From NCBI GenBank assembly GCA_010093815.1, contig ML996586.1: 59,817 bases of DNA. The stretch is one strand, 5' to 3'. Numbering within the stretch: position 1 is the stretch's first letter; every line of letters starts with the position of its first letter. A model generated the notes under the pieces. It saw only the letters and a program-made list of their open reading frames with translations. It made no database searches and was not told where the DNA came from. Origin of the DNA: Pseudovirgaria hyperparasitica (taxonomy: Eukaryota). The position numbers and the translations under genes are program-made. This document shows, piece after piece, positions 24,437 to 38,100 of this stretch.

Positions 24437-25970
24437 ATCGATTCCTGGTTCCTGAGTGTGAGCGGAGCAGATAGATACCCCAGAATTTGATAGTCAAGAC
24501 CACAACGAGACCTCAATCTCGCATCCGGTCAATGCAGATCTCCCGGTGTGGCAGCGTGAAGATGATACATCTATTTGCGAGCTCGCTTGTCCGGGCATCC
24601 CGTCCGGCTCTAGCACTGCCTGCTGTTGTATGAACAACGACCGCCGAACCGCGGTACACTTTGCATACCGGCCAGACACACCAATAGATGTCCTCGACAT
24701 GCTGGATATAAGGTATTCGGACGTTAGGAACCACTAGCCCTGCCGTTGGCCTTCCGTCTGTCAGCACACTCCCCGCCCCACGCTCATTCGTCGGAAACAG
24801 CCCGGCCCCACATCCACAAAGCACACATCCCATCCGCCTCTATAATTAACGTCGGAAATAAACCTCACCTCGTGACTTCCAAACCGCAAAATTGTAGGCA
24901 CTTTGGTAAATTAGACGTGGCAAAATTAATTAATATATCTACTAAGTCTATCTATATACTATATATACGTGCCTAACACTAAATAAGTTCTAAGTAATAA
25001 GGATTATCTAATAGAAATTCTATATCTTTCCTCTTCTAATTATATAAGCTTCTATAAGACTATTAAAGATAACTAATAGAGTTAGAATATATAATATAGA
25101 AAGATAGATATATAAAATCTCTTTAGTACTAGGCCGTGTTAGTAATATATTATATAAGAGTAGTAGTCTAAGCTTATTTTAATACTAAATAGTTACCTTT
25201 ACTATTCTTATATTCTACTATCTTTTAATATTATATTTCTTAACTAATTTAATCTTTTTCTTAGCTTTTCTAATACTAAATTCCTTTAATAATATCTAAT
25301 AATATAGCTAGAACTTCTATAAGCTTAGAAATTACTCTAATTAATATTATAATTTTATATATATAAACTTTAACTTTATCTTTTCCTTTCTAACTTAATC
25401 TTCTTATAGTAGATATAGTTATAAATAAAGATCTTTATTATACTTTTATAGATTATCTATATAGAACTTCTAAGAGTAAGTTACTTAATACTATATTAGT
25501 AGTAAATATAGGTTCTCTAGATAGTAGATTAAGTTACTTTATTTCTTAAGTATAGATTAATCTATATAGTTTATAAGAGTTACTTAAAGATAGTCTATAG
25601 TTATCTATATCTAAATAGACCTTAGGGTTTACTATTCTTCTAAGATTCTAACTTAGAAGATAAGACTTTAGCTTAGTTAATTAAAGAGAGCGGTTAGAGC
25701 TCTAAAGTTAGGGCCCTAGCCTTATAAGAGTTAGTAATTACTATTAATAAGTCTCTTCTTAAGATAGAAGGTAAATTTAGTTAATATATTCTTCTATAGA
25801 ATCTTACTAACCTATATAGATCTTTCTAATAAAGTTATAGATCTAGAGTATATATTAATTACTCTTAATAAGCCTTTTAAAGTCTCTATAAAAGCTAGTT
25901 ACTTTATAAATCTATTAGAAGACTCTAATAATATTTTCTAATCTAAAAAGAAGAATAAGAAGAGCTCTAG

Positions 25971-26976
25971 TATTAGAACTTAGCCTTAGATATAACCCGA
26001 TCTATATATACCTTAGCTAACCTAGTTAGAAGATAGCGTGAAGGGTAGTAAATAGTTATATACTAGATAGATTAGTATCCCTTTATATATATACTCTTAG
26101 ATTTCTACTAAAAGGGTTTAGTAGTAATTTATTCTATAATAGAATATACCCTATTATTCTATCTAACTATACTACTATCTAATAACCCTATTCTTATATT
26201 TAAATTACTCTCTATATAGTACTATAGTTAAGATAGTCTAACTAGAACTAAGAAGATTAATATAATCTACTATAGAGATAAGTAATACTATATTAAATAA
26301 TAGAGATCCTCTATAATTAGTATTAATTCTAGCTATTCCTAACTAAGAAGTAGAGATATTAAACTAAATTATAGAACTTTCAAATAAAGAAATAGTAGAT
26401 ATACTAAGTAATTTCTAATAATATAAAGCTAGATAATAAGTTATAGCGGAGCTATATAAGGTATTATAATAAACTATTACTAAACTTTAGAAATATATTA
26501 TAAATTAGGCTTAAGAGATTTAAACCCTTAAAGAGTAGATAGAATATATAAAACTTCTTATAAAGAGATAAGAACTTAAGGAGTCTCTTAAAGAACTACG
26601 CTAAATAATAATAGATAGATAACTTTCTATACTAATTTAGACGGAATTAGTTTACCTACTACTAGAGTTATAATAATCTACTATATACCTAGCCGCTTTA
26701 TTACTAATTTACTCTATTCCTTCTCTAGATATACTAAAATCTAAAGACTCTACTATATTTATAGAGAAGAACTAAAAGAAGTAGAAAGACTAGAAGAGAG
26801 ACTATAAAAAGTACTTTCTTAATAACCCTCTACTCTTTTCTACTAAAGTATAATATATTTTATTTAGAGAATAATACCTAGACTTATAATTCTATAATTA
26901 ATAGAATAGATAGAAGGAAGCGTAGCTCCTATCTACGATAACCTAGGAATATTTAGCTATATTTATACTAAATACC
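25971..26976 (+). mobile_element. Ty3/Gypsy element A, copy 1: 5' LTR (25971-26184) plus start of gag, interrupted by element B
   Basis: Aligns base for base with 31787-33397 (minus the TRIM). LTR ends TATTAG...CTAATA match RIP-mutated TGTTAG...CTAACA. Similarity stops at 26976. Confidence 0.8.
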
Positions 26977-29900
26977 TATGATAAATTACTAGCTAGAGCC
27001 ATAGAAGAATACGTAGACTCTAGTATAAGTAGTATAAGAGATAGTATAGTACGTAGAAGAGGTACCTATAATATAATAGGTGGCTTTAGATAATAACCTA
27101 AGGCTAAGATAGATACCTATAGGGAGAGCTAATTATAGATACTTAGAATAGATCTTCTAAGTAGCCTACTAGATAATTAGAAATAGAATATCGGTATTCT
27201 AAGTAATATACTAAATACTTAGAATAAGTATTCTAATTAGAGGACCTTAGTAGAACTATATAGACCCTTTAGATCTAACCTCTAGAGATAGTTCTATAGT
27301 AATTAATTTTAACTTATACTAATATAATTACTACTTCACTCGCCTACTAGCTAGTTACTATTTATACTCTATTAATACTTACTATAAACCTACTTATATC
27401 TCTTAGAGCCTTCTAAGTACCTTTACCTTTAGAAAAGCCGGGATACTCTATAGAATAGACTACTTTAGAGATAAGCTATACCCTTATCTAGAAAGGTTTA
27501 TTATAGTTTAATTACTCTACTTAGACTCTAAAGTAAGTATTTATACTATCTATTTAAATATAAAATAGTAAATAATAGATAGTCCTTATCTTTATAAACT
27601 ATTCTATAAGTACTAACTATAGAATAAGTTAGATATCTTATTATAGAATTAGGGGAGTAAGTTACGGAGCTCCGAAGGGAAAATATTAAACTTAGAAAAG
27701 CTAAAGAGGGTTTTAAAAGAAAAATCCTAGAACCTTTTAAAGGTAAGTAAAGTAAACTCTAAGGATTTCTAATATAGATTAGAATATACCTCTAGGCCTA
27801 TTAAATTTAGAACCTAGAAGAATAAGTTATATTCGCTACTAGACTACTAAAGGGAGATATACTTATATAGTTTAAGCTCTACTTAAGGAACTTTATAGAA
27901 AATAATCTATAGAATTAATAGAATAATACTACTAAGGTCTTTAAACGCTTCGAAGAATTTAAGGAATATATTAAGATAACTTTTAGAGATATAGATAAAT
28001 AAAGAATAGCTAAGAGATAGATCTAGTAAATAGTCTAGATAAAATCTACGTCTAACTACGTCTTAAAGTTCTAATAAATCTCTAGTTAGTTAGGATAGAA
28101 TAATAAACCCCTAATCCTCTAGTTCTATACTAGATTATATAATAATATTAAGGACGAAATCTCTAGAGAGAGAGACCGTTCTACTAACCTCTAGAAATAT
28201 ATTAAGCTTATAGTCTAGATTAATAACTAACTATATAAAAGACGCTATAAGAAGAGAGGGAAAAAGATCTTTTAATCTATACTTAAATAAGATATAAGGA
28301 AGGGCTACGTTAATAGAGCCCTAAACTATCTATATAAGAGATTCTATAATAGATCCGCATCTATAGAACTTAGCGCCTTATAGATAAAATATCTATCTAA
28401 TAAAGAAAGGGAGTAACTAAAGAAGAAAGGTAAGTATCTCTACTATAAGGAAAAGAGATACTACGCCCGTAAATACCCGAAAAACAAGAATAAGAAAAAT
28501 TAGATTAAAGACCTAGTACTAAGATAAGAAAACTTTACTATAGAAAAAGAAGAAGTACCTTATATAGCTATATTATAGACTAGTTATACTAATAATCTCT
28601 ATTTTATATATAAGTTAGAAAAAGATAGTATAGATTAGTATCTAAAGAAAAGAAATATTTTAATAGCTAGTAAATAACCCCTATTACTTTATAAAAAAGT
28701 AGAACTATAGAAATACTTAGAAGTAATAAGAAGATCTAAACTAACTAAAGAAACGGTATCTAAAGAAGTAATAATTAAAGAAAGTACTATAGAAGAGGAT
28801 AGTAAGGAAGAAACCCTTACTATAGAGAAATTATATAATATATTAATAATAAAACGAGACCCTATTACTTACTATATTATCTATAGCTATAGAAAGTATA
28901 TAAGTAAGGATAATAGAGACCTATCTAGAAGAGATATAGAAATCTAATTAGAAGATAACTAACTTATTTTACTCTACTACAAGGAACACGGCGAGACTTT
29001 CTAGATTACTTATATCTATAATAACTATCTTCGCTACCTCTATAAGAAGTAAACCTAGAAATAGTTTCTATAGTAGTATTAAAATCAAGTAATTCTAAAA
29101 GCCTTTAGAGATAAAGATATATAATAGTATAAAATAATTACTAAGGAAGCTAATAAAAACTACTTTATATTAAAACAGGTAGAAAATAAGATTTATCTAG
29201 AGAACTAATATACCTAATACCTGGATATTATATACTAAACTTATCTAATATCTAAAGTTATTATATAGTATAACCTTTAAGTAGACTTAGGTAAAATTAA
29301 GAAGTAAGTTTAATCTATAACCTAACTTATATAAGAAATAGAATAGAAACTTAGTAAGCTATAAAAAAACTAGGAAGGCTAGATATACTAAGAGAAATAG
29401 CTAAGCTAAAAAGAAAATCTCTTATATCTATTAGTAGCTTAGACGATAAAATATAAATATTCCTTAAAATTTAGCTCTATTAAAAATACTCTATTAAGGT
29501 ACTAATTAATAGTAGAGTATAGTCTAACTTTATCTCTCTAACTATAGTAGATAAACTAAAAATACCCTATAATAGTAAAGAAGAACTATATAAGCTATCC
29601 ACGTTCGAAGGACTTAATATAGAATATACTAATAGAATAGTATACTTAGAAATAGAACCTCTAGATTTAGTCTTAATAGTAGAATACTAATAATTATAAC
29701 TAGATATAGCGGAACTAGAATAATATAATTTAATTCTAGGAATACTATAGCTCGAAGAAGTTAACTCTATAATTAACTAGAAAACTAAGGAAATTATACC
29801 CTAGGGAATATTAAGACCCTTAGAAACTATTAGAGAAGAAGTAGAGATTAATAAACCCGTAAAGGCGCTAATAACTAGAAAGTCTATCTATTATATTTAG

Positions 29901-31786
29901 AAGCTTAATAATAAGTAAGATAATATAAAGGGCGGACCCTTATATAAGAAATATATAGTATAATAAGGCACGCCTACGGATAAATAGATTTAAAAAATAA
30001 ATAATATACTCGTACTAAAGGAATACTACTAATATTATATTATCTTTAAAGAAGAACTTAAGACGGGACTACTAGAGTGTAGCCTATATAATTATATAAT
30101 AATATTCTAACTAGGAATAGTACCTACGTTTAAAAGTATATACTAACTTACTAAGAAATAACTAGAGATAATATAATAATATATTAAGAAAATAGAAGTA
30201 AAGGGATATATCCGACCCTCTAAATTACCTATAGAATATCCGATACTCTTTATACTAAAGAAAGATAGAAGTAAACGACTCTATATAGACTATTAATACT
30301 TAAATAATATTACTATTAAAAATAGATACTCTCTACGCCGAATTAATAAATTATAGAACTAACTTATAGAGACTTAGTACTTTACTATAATAGACTTATA
30401 AGAAGTCTATAACCTAGTATATATAGTAGAAGAGGATAAATAGAAAATAGCCTTTTAGACTCGATACGGCTACTATAAATACCTAGTAATACTATTTAGG
30501 CTAACTAATATACTAGCTATATTCTAAGTACTAATTAACGATATACTAAGAGAATACCTTAACTACTTTATAATAGTCTACCTAGATAATATATTAATTT
30601 ACTTAAGAAACCTATAAGAGTATAGAGAATATATATATAAGATACTTTAGAAATTATAGATAGTAAATCTACTAGTAGAATTAAAGAAGAGTATCTTCTA
30701 TATATAGAAAGTTATATTTTTAGAATTTAAGATTATACCTAGAGAAATATAAATAGATCTAAAGAAAATTAAGGCTATTAAAAACTAGAAATAATCTAAG
30801 ATAGTTAAAGAAATCTAAGGATTTACTAGATTTACAAACTTTTATAGAAAATTTATATATAACTATTCTATAAAAACGGCCCTACTACACGAGCTTATAA
30901 AGAAAAATATAATATTTAAATAGAGACTAAAGTAAGAATAAGTATTTTAATAATTAAAAGAGTCTATTATAACTAAACCTATATTAAAGATATATTAAAT
31001 AGAAAAACCCTATAAAGTCGAGATAGATATATTAGAATTTACTATTAGAGGGTAGCTAACCTAGATAGATAAATAAGGGAAAAGATATTCTATAGTATTC
31101 TACTCCCGAAAATTCTAAGAATTAGAAATAAATTAGCTAATCTATAAAAAAGAACTCTATACTATAATTAAGTATCTTAAGGAATAGAGAAGCTATCTCT
31201 ATAGATTAGACTATATAGTAAAGGTATATACTAACTATAAAAACCTAACTATCTTTACTATAATAAAGGAACTCTAAAAGAAATAAATTAGTTAGTATAA
31301 GCTTCTTATAGAATTTAATATCTAAATTATATACTATAAAGGATCCGAAAATAGAAGAGCTAACGCCCTTAGCCGGTAAGCGGAATATAAGTAAAAAGAA
31401 CCTACTATAGAATAGACTATATTAGAGATTACTAAAGATAGAAACCTTAGACTAATATAATATATTATAGTAATATAAAAAGAATTTATACTTAAAGATC
31501 CTAAGGGAAGAAGTATAATCCCTAGAGATAAGGCCTACTATTTTATTAAAGAATTCTATAAAGATCTAATATACGGATATTAAGAAAAAATAAAAACTTA
31601 TAAAAGATTTAAGAGATACTATATAACTTATAAGGAAAGATAAGTTATTAAAGAAGTAATATAAGACTATATTCTATATAGTAAAAGCCGATCTAATAGA
31701 TATAAACTATATAGAGAACTTTAACTAATTTCTCTACTATTATATACTTAGAAAATAATCTCTATAGACTTTATAATAGATCTACT
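26977..31786 (+). mobile_element. Ty3/Gypsy element B (RIP-degraded): LTR ~26977-27596, gag, CCHC, protease, RT, RNase H, integrase (interrupted)
   Basis: De-RIPed motifs: PEPFEG..LQGFL gag (~27725), CLYCKEKGHYARECP (~28435), ALIDSGA protease (~29500), YLDDILIY RT (~30580), VETDAS RNase H (~31017), ISMDF integrase (~31757) cut by LTR A. Confidence 0.85.
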
Positions 31787-34700
31787 TATTAGGACCTAGC
31801 CTTAGGTATAACCCGATTCGTACGTACCTTAGCTAATAGGGTTAGAAGGTAGTGTAAAGGGTAGTAAATAGTTACGTACTAGATAGATTAGCGTCCCTTT
31901 ATATATATACTCTTAGATTTCTACTAAAAGGGTTTAGTAGTAATTTATTCTATAATAGAATATACTATATTATTCTATCTAATTATACTACTATCTAATA
32001 ACCCTATTCTTATATTCGAATTACTATCTATATAGTACTATAGTTAAGATAGTCTAACTAGAACTAAGAAGGTTAACGCGATCTACTATAGGGATAAGTA
32101 ATACTATATTAAATAATAGGGATCCTATAAGGAGGCGGGCTCCACGCACCAACCAACTATACTAAAAGAACCGAATCTTAAAGCTACTGCTTCAAGGGTG
32201 GAGTACACTACTTATATACGACTACTACATACATGTATAATTAACTAGTAGGCCACGTGCTCCTCACGTGCCTAATATTATCCCCCTTTTCAAAGGCGCG
32301 TGTCCTTACGCGTCGTGGGCATACTACCTTATAAAAGATGAACTAAACTAGCCGCAACGGGCCTAGTATAAACCATGTACACACATAACCAATACTCGCA
32401 ATGCCGCCTCTAGCACTAGACACGCTAACTCACCGTAGTAACGTTACTACCATGTCATCTATCACGTATATAAAGTATACGTAACGTGGTAAGCTAAACG
32501 GAATCGTGCAAAATTTAATAATAGTTAACTAGACCGAGAGTTAAACCCGTGACCCCGTAGTAGCTTTAAGATTATGTAAGAAGGCGGGCTCCACGTACTA
32601 ACTAACTATACTAAAAGGACCGAATCTTAAAGCTACTACTTCAAGGGTGGAGCATACTACTTATATACGACTACTACACACATGTATAATTAACTGGCAG
32701 GCCACGTGCTCCTTACGTGCCTAATAGATCCTCTATAATTAGTATTAATTCTAGCCGCTTCTAACTAAGAAGTAGAGATATTAGACTAAATTATAGAGCT
32801 TTTAGATAAAGAAATAGTAGAGACGCTAAGTAACTTCTAATAATATAAAGTAGAATAATAAGTCGTGGCGGAGCCATATAAGGTATTATAATAAACTATT
32901 ACTAAACTTTAGAAATATATCGCGAATTAGACTTAAGAGATTTAAACTCTTAAAGAATAGATAGAACGCGCGAAACTCCTCGTAAAGAGATAAGAACTTA
33001 AGGAGTCTCTTAAAGAACTACGCCGAACGATAGTAGATAGATAACTTTCTATACTAATTTAGGCGGAATTAGTTTACCTACTATTAGAGTTATAATAATC
33101 TACTATATATCTAGCCGCTTCGTTACTAAGTTACTCTACTTCTTCTCTAGATATACTAAAATCTAAAGATCTAACTATATTTATAGAGAAGAACTAAAAG
33201 GAGTAGAAAGACTAGAAGAGAGACTACGAAAAGTACTTTCTTAATAACCCTCTACTCTTTTCTACTAAAGTATAATATATTTTATTCGGAGAACGATACC
33301 TAGACTTATAATTCTATAATTAATAGAATAGATAGAAGGAATTATAGCTACTATCTATAATAACCTAGGAATATTTAGCTATATTTATACTAAATACTCT
33401 CGGAACAGATAGAGAATATAAAAGAAAGGTACTATCTAAGTTAAGAAGCGTAGTATAATAACCGAACTAGATACCTACTTAACTACTATAATATCTCTAA
33501 AACCTACAGAATAATATTCCTATACTATAGAAAAATATTTATATATTCTAGTTTTATAAAGTACTACTTCCGTTAATCCATAAAAGACTAGAAATAGTAT
33601 TATTAAGTTTTAACTATCTATATAAATTAGAGGAGAAAGCTAATAAATACTACTATATTCTTAAGGAACGCGGCTCTCTAGGTAAAACTAATAAACCCTA
33701 TATAGATTAGAAACGAGGTTAATTAAATACATTTAATTAAGAGTAACCTTACTATAATTAGTACTAGAAGAGCGTAAATTAGGGTAGAAACGTATTAAGA
33801 GGATACTAAAATAATTAAGGCGGTGCTTCTTAACGTGAAAAAGAATAAGATATAGACTTAAATATAATATCTATTATAAAATAGTAGGATTATAGCGTAC
33901 TTTATTACTATAAGTATAGAGAAATAGAATATATATTATCTAACGATAAGAATCTAAAAAAAGAGTAGACTAGTATATAAGATCTAACCACGTTCTTAGC
34001 TAAATTATATATACTTAGAAGGAGCTATAGCGCCTTCCGGCGAGTAAAGACCTAATATTACTAAAAGTATTATTATCTATAGTAAATAGTAATAAAACTA
34101 TATAGGCCCTTATAGATACTAGTATAGAAGATAACTATATTTTATTAATTCTTATAAAGAAGTATAGATTATTATATAATCTTAGTAAAGTTAGCCGAAC
34201 TATTATAGTTAATAGATATAAAGTTAGAGCTTTAGATAAAGCTATAATAAATTACAAAGTTTATAACTTAAAGATAATAAAATAGTAGATATCTAATAAA
34301 TTTATCGTAGCTAATATTAGCTAATAGAATATAATTCTAGGGATGCCTTAGCTTAGACGCCTAAACCCTATCCTTAATTTTTAGAAGAAGATATTAACGT
34401 TCTAATAATACTATAGTAAATTATACTAGTAAGTTATAACTATTAGTAAGGAGGTATAGAACCTTACTATATAGACCTAATTATTACTAATCTATCTTAT
34501 ATCCTTATTAATTATTAATAAAGATAAGGATAATAGTAATAATTAGGGCGAAGATATACTATCTAATATATATTTATAGTATATAGATGTATTTTCGGTA
34601 GAAGATACGTTACTTCTCTCTAATTATAGACTATATAAGCTAAAGATTAAGCTCGAAGAGAGAGTAGACGTCCCTTATAGTCTACTTTATCTACTTTTAA

Positions 34701-35104
34701 GACTAGAACTCGAAGTTCTTTATAAATATATTAAAGAATACCTTAGAAGAGACTAGATACGTTATAGTACGTTATCGGCTAGTATATCTATTCTCTTTAT
34801 AAAGAAGAAAGATAGAAGTTTATATCTATATATTAACTATTAGATACTAAATATAGTAACTAAGAAGAATTATTATCTATTACCGCTAGTTAGTAAATCT
34901 TTAGACTAATTAATAAAGGTAAAGTACTTTATAAAGCTAGATTTATAAGATATATATTACTAGCTTTAAATTTATCGTAGAGATAAGTAGAAAACTATAT
35001 TTCGGACTAGATATAGTTATTTTAAGTATACTATTATACTATTCAGGCTAATAAATACACTAGAAGCGTTTTAAGAATATATTAATACTATACTTATAGA
35101 ATTA
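31787..35104 (+). mobile_element. Ty3/Gypsy element A, copy 2: 5' LTR (31787-32000), gag, protease, RT 5' part; interrupted by TRIM and cut by LINE
   Basis: 214-bp LTR matching 25971-26184; de-RIPed ALVDTG protease (~34106); RT ..KKKDGSL.LC..Y, KTAFRTRYG.F, PFGL.NAP up to ~35104. Confidence 0.85.
32126..32726 (-). mobile_element. Non-autonomous miniature LTR retrotransposon (TRIM-like), 152-bp LTRs, GATCC TSD
   Basis: Direct repeats 32126-32277 and 32575-32726; GATCC on both sides (32121-32125, 32727-32731) and single at the empty site in copy 1 (~26305); PPT AAAAGGGGGA on the - strand next to 32277; 297-bp non-coding interior. Confidence 0.9.
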
Positions 35105-38100
35105 AAAAACTTCTCACACCCTAACGGACCAAACTAGTCAATTCGGGGTAAAATAGCGATTTACATATATTAAACAATAGAGTATACCAAGTATAACAAC
35201 CTCCGACATACGTGCGTACGTATAGCGTATAATACGCGACGATACTAACGTATAGAGATACTATATATATACACTCGAAGACTCTTCGATAACATGAGTA
35301 TAGACTATATCTAATAAACGCTAACACGCCGACCCCCTTTTATTAGTTAAGGGCTACCCTTAACTAATAACTATGGCGGCCTTAGGTATCGTAATACCCC
35401 GGTATACGCCGGATATACCCCCACTAGTATAGTAGAAACGGCTATATAGCGAAATTAATATAGATAGCTAGATACCTATCTAAAATATAGGAACTAACTA
35501 AGGGTGTAAAGTACTATAGATAATCTAGACTAAGGGGACCCCGAGAGGGGAGACCCTCCTAGATAAAATTAAATACTAGGTAATACGTGTAGAGAGGGAC
35601 GCCGAGGAGGGAAAGAAGACCCTCCTTTATATATTCCGGGACCTTATCCGGAACCTAAGAGGAATTATAGAGGAAGAAAGGAAGTCGCTATAAGAGGAAC
35701 CTAGTAGTAGGCTCGACTAAATAGAAGCCAGCCTACGGAGAATCTAGGAAGAGCTATCCTAAGGTAAGCGCCCTAATATATAGGCTTAGATTATAGTAAC
35801 ACCCGGAGCCACCGTACTAAGGACTACTAGGACCATAGATAGAGTATATAGTATATATATTATAATCTAGGATAAGGACACGCTGGCGTAGGTCTAATAG
35901 GCATCCCTAAAGGAAATTATAAATAAGATTAATAAATAGAAAGGAATGTGGTTAAGCGTTATAGCTATAAAAGTTATACTAGGTGGAGTAGTACTTACTA
36001 CTATAATGAATACTACGTAGTAAAACATCTCGCGAGATCCGAACGCGATAGGTAGTATCTTTCCCGGCGCGTCTATTAGAGTAGCTATATACCTAATTAT
36101 AATATATATAGTACCTGTGTAGGGATAGGCTATCGGAGCGAAGGATATTACATGTATAGAATAATCTAACGCGCGAAAATACCCAGGGATTAAGATCGCG
36201 AAAGCGTGGTAGAAGAACCTATAGGCGATTAAGACGACGGCGAAAAAATACTCTACTATAATTATAGAGCTCTAAGACCCCGCCCTCGTATAATATATTA
36301 TATAGAAGGGATTCCTAATAGAAGGAGAGCTTCTTATAGCCGAGCCATGGGATAGAGTATAGGTAATAATATAGTGCTTTAACTATTAAGGGTATAGATA
36401 TACTATATAAAGGTACTTATAGAAGACTAAGTACGGATAGTACCATAGGGACCACACTATCTAGAAGTGCCCTTATAAACCGTAAAGAGACGGACTAAGA
36501 AATAGGGATATAGTATAGTATTTAAACTACGACTAGAAATACCCGTTATGGTCGTTAACGTGTATAAAACATAAATAGATTATAGAATATATTCGTACGA
36601 TAAAAGTAAGAGGCGTAAGATAGTTATAGAATATAATACCTACTACGAGCCCTTCCTTTATAATACCTCTAACCTCCCCTCCGGAAGGTAGTTAGGCGGG
36701 ATAGTAGACTATCCCGAAGACGATAGGACAACTAAAAGGTATAATTAAAGCCGCTACCGCGTGAGGATAGTCGCGCCTCCGAGAAATAAGTATATAGGTA
36801 TATATACTCTCTAGTATCTAATAAGGGACTAGAATATACTCCGAATTATATAGGTAAACGTATAATATAAAAGAGAGAACTAGGCGACGCTCCTCGAAGA
36901 GACCGGGGCTATAATACTCGCTATCTAGGAACCCTATAAATACTACTAGACGAGTAAACCAACCATACACCCCGGATACTATACTATATACCCTCTAGGA
37001 CTAGAAAGACGAGTCCTCTTCTACATTTATAGGTTAATACTACTCTTATTATAGTCGTATACCGAGCGCGATAACCTTAGGATAATACTATACCTATAAA
37101 TAGATATAGGCCCCCTATATATATATAACATATATAACTAATAATATATACTTATACTAGACGAGATACTCGAGGGTACTATAGAACTAGGGTAACATAT
37201 CCTCCTAGAAGACTTTAACCTCTACCACTAATAGTAGGGAGGCCTAGCTATGGTTAGGGAAGAACTTAGAGTAAGGGAACTACGTACCCGCTACCACGAC
37301 TTCCTATACCTACTTACACCTATAGAATAAGTTATATAGAAAAAATATAAATAGGACGAAGACGGGTCTACGCTTAACCTTACCTTCGCTACGGAGTATA
37401 TTAGTTACCGGATCTAATACTACCGCCTAGGCTAGGTATAGACGGATTCCGACTATAAATATATAGAAACCGTAATAAACGTATATACCCCGAATAAATA
37501 ACGGGGACAATAGATATAGAAGGACACTAACTAGGAAAAGTACCTAAAGGACCTAGAATCGGCGATCCTAGATCCCTCTATAGTCGATGTATCTAACGAC
37601 CTAGCCATAGACCAGGCCGTATAGATACTCCTATAAATATACTAGAATGCGAGAAATAAACACGTACTATACCGAATATACCGGCCCCCGGAAGTAAAGG
37701 GGATTCCTTAAGTATAGGAAAGTAGATAAGACGCCCGAAGGCTATATAGACGCGTATACTATATAAGAATACCCGAGTCGTAGGAAGAATAGAAGGAAGC
37801 GATATAATAACGCGATAAAGTCCTCCGTAACGAAAGGCGTAAATAGTAGCGTATAATTACTAGTTAATAGATATAATACGTAATAGGGCTATGGCGTATA
37901 GCGAAATAGGCTAAGGGCGTAGATACTCCGACACCTCTACCACTTATACCTCCCCTAATACATTAGGGGAGAATATACTCTACGGGCCTTAAGAAAACTA
38001 AGGCCCTACGGGAGGCTATATTCCCTCTCCCGGAACTAGTAGACCTATTAGACGTTCACGGCGCCGAATATCTATACACGGTAGATATCCCTAAAGAAGT

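Noticed and set aside
32525..32560. tRNA T-arm/B-box-like sequence in the TRIM interior (ggtcacgggtttaactctcgg, - strand)
   Set aside because: The stem does not pair properly and no cloverleaf could be built.
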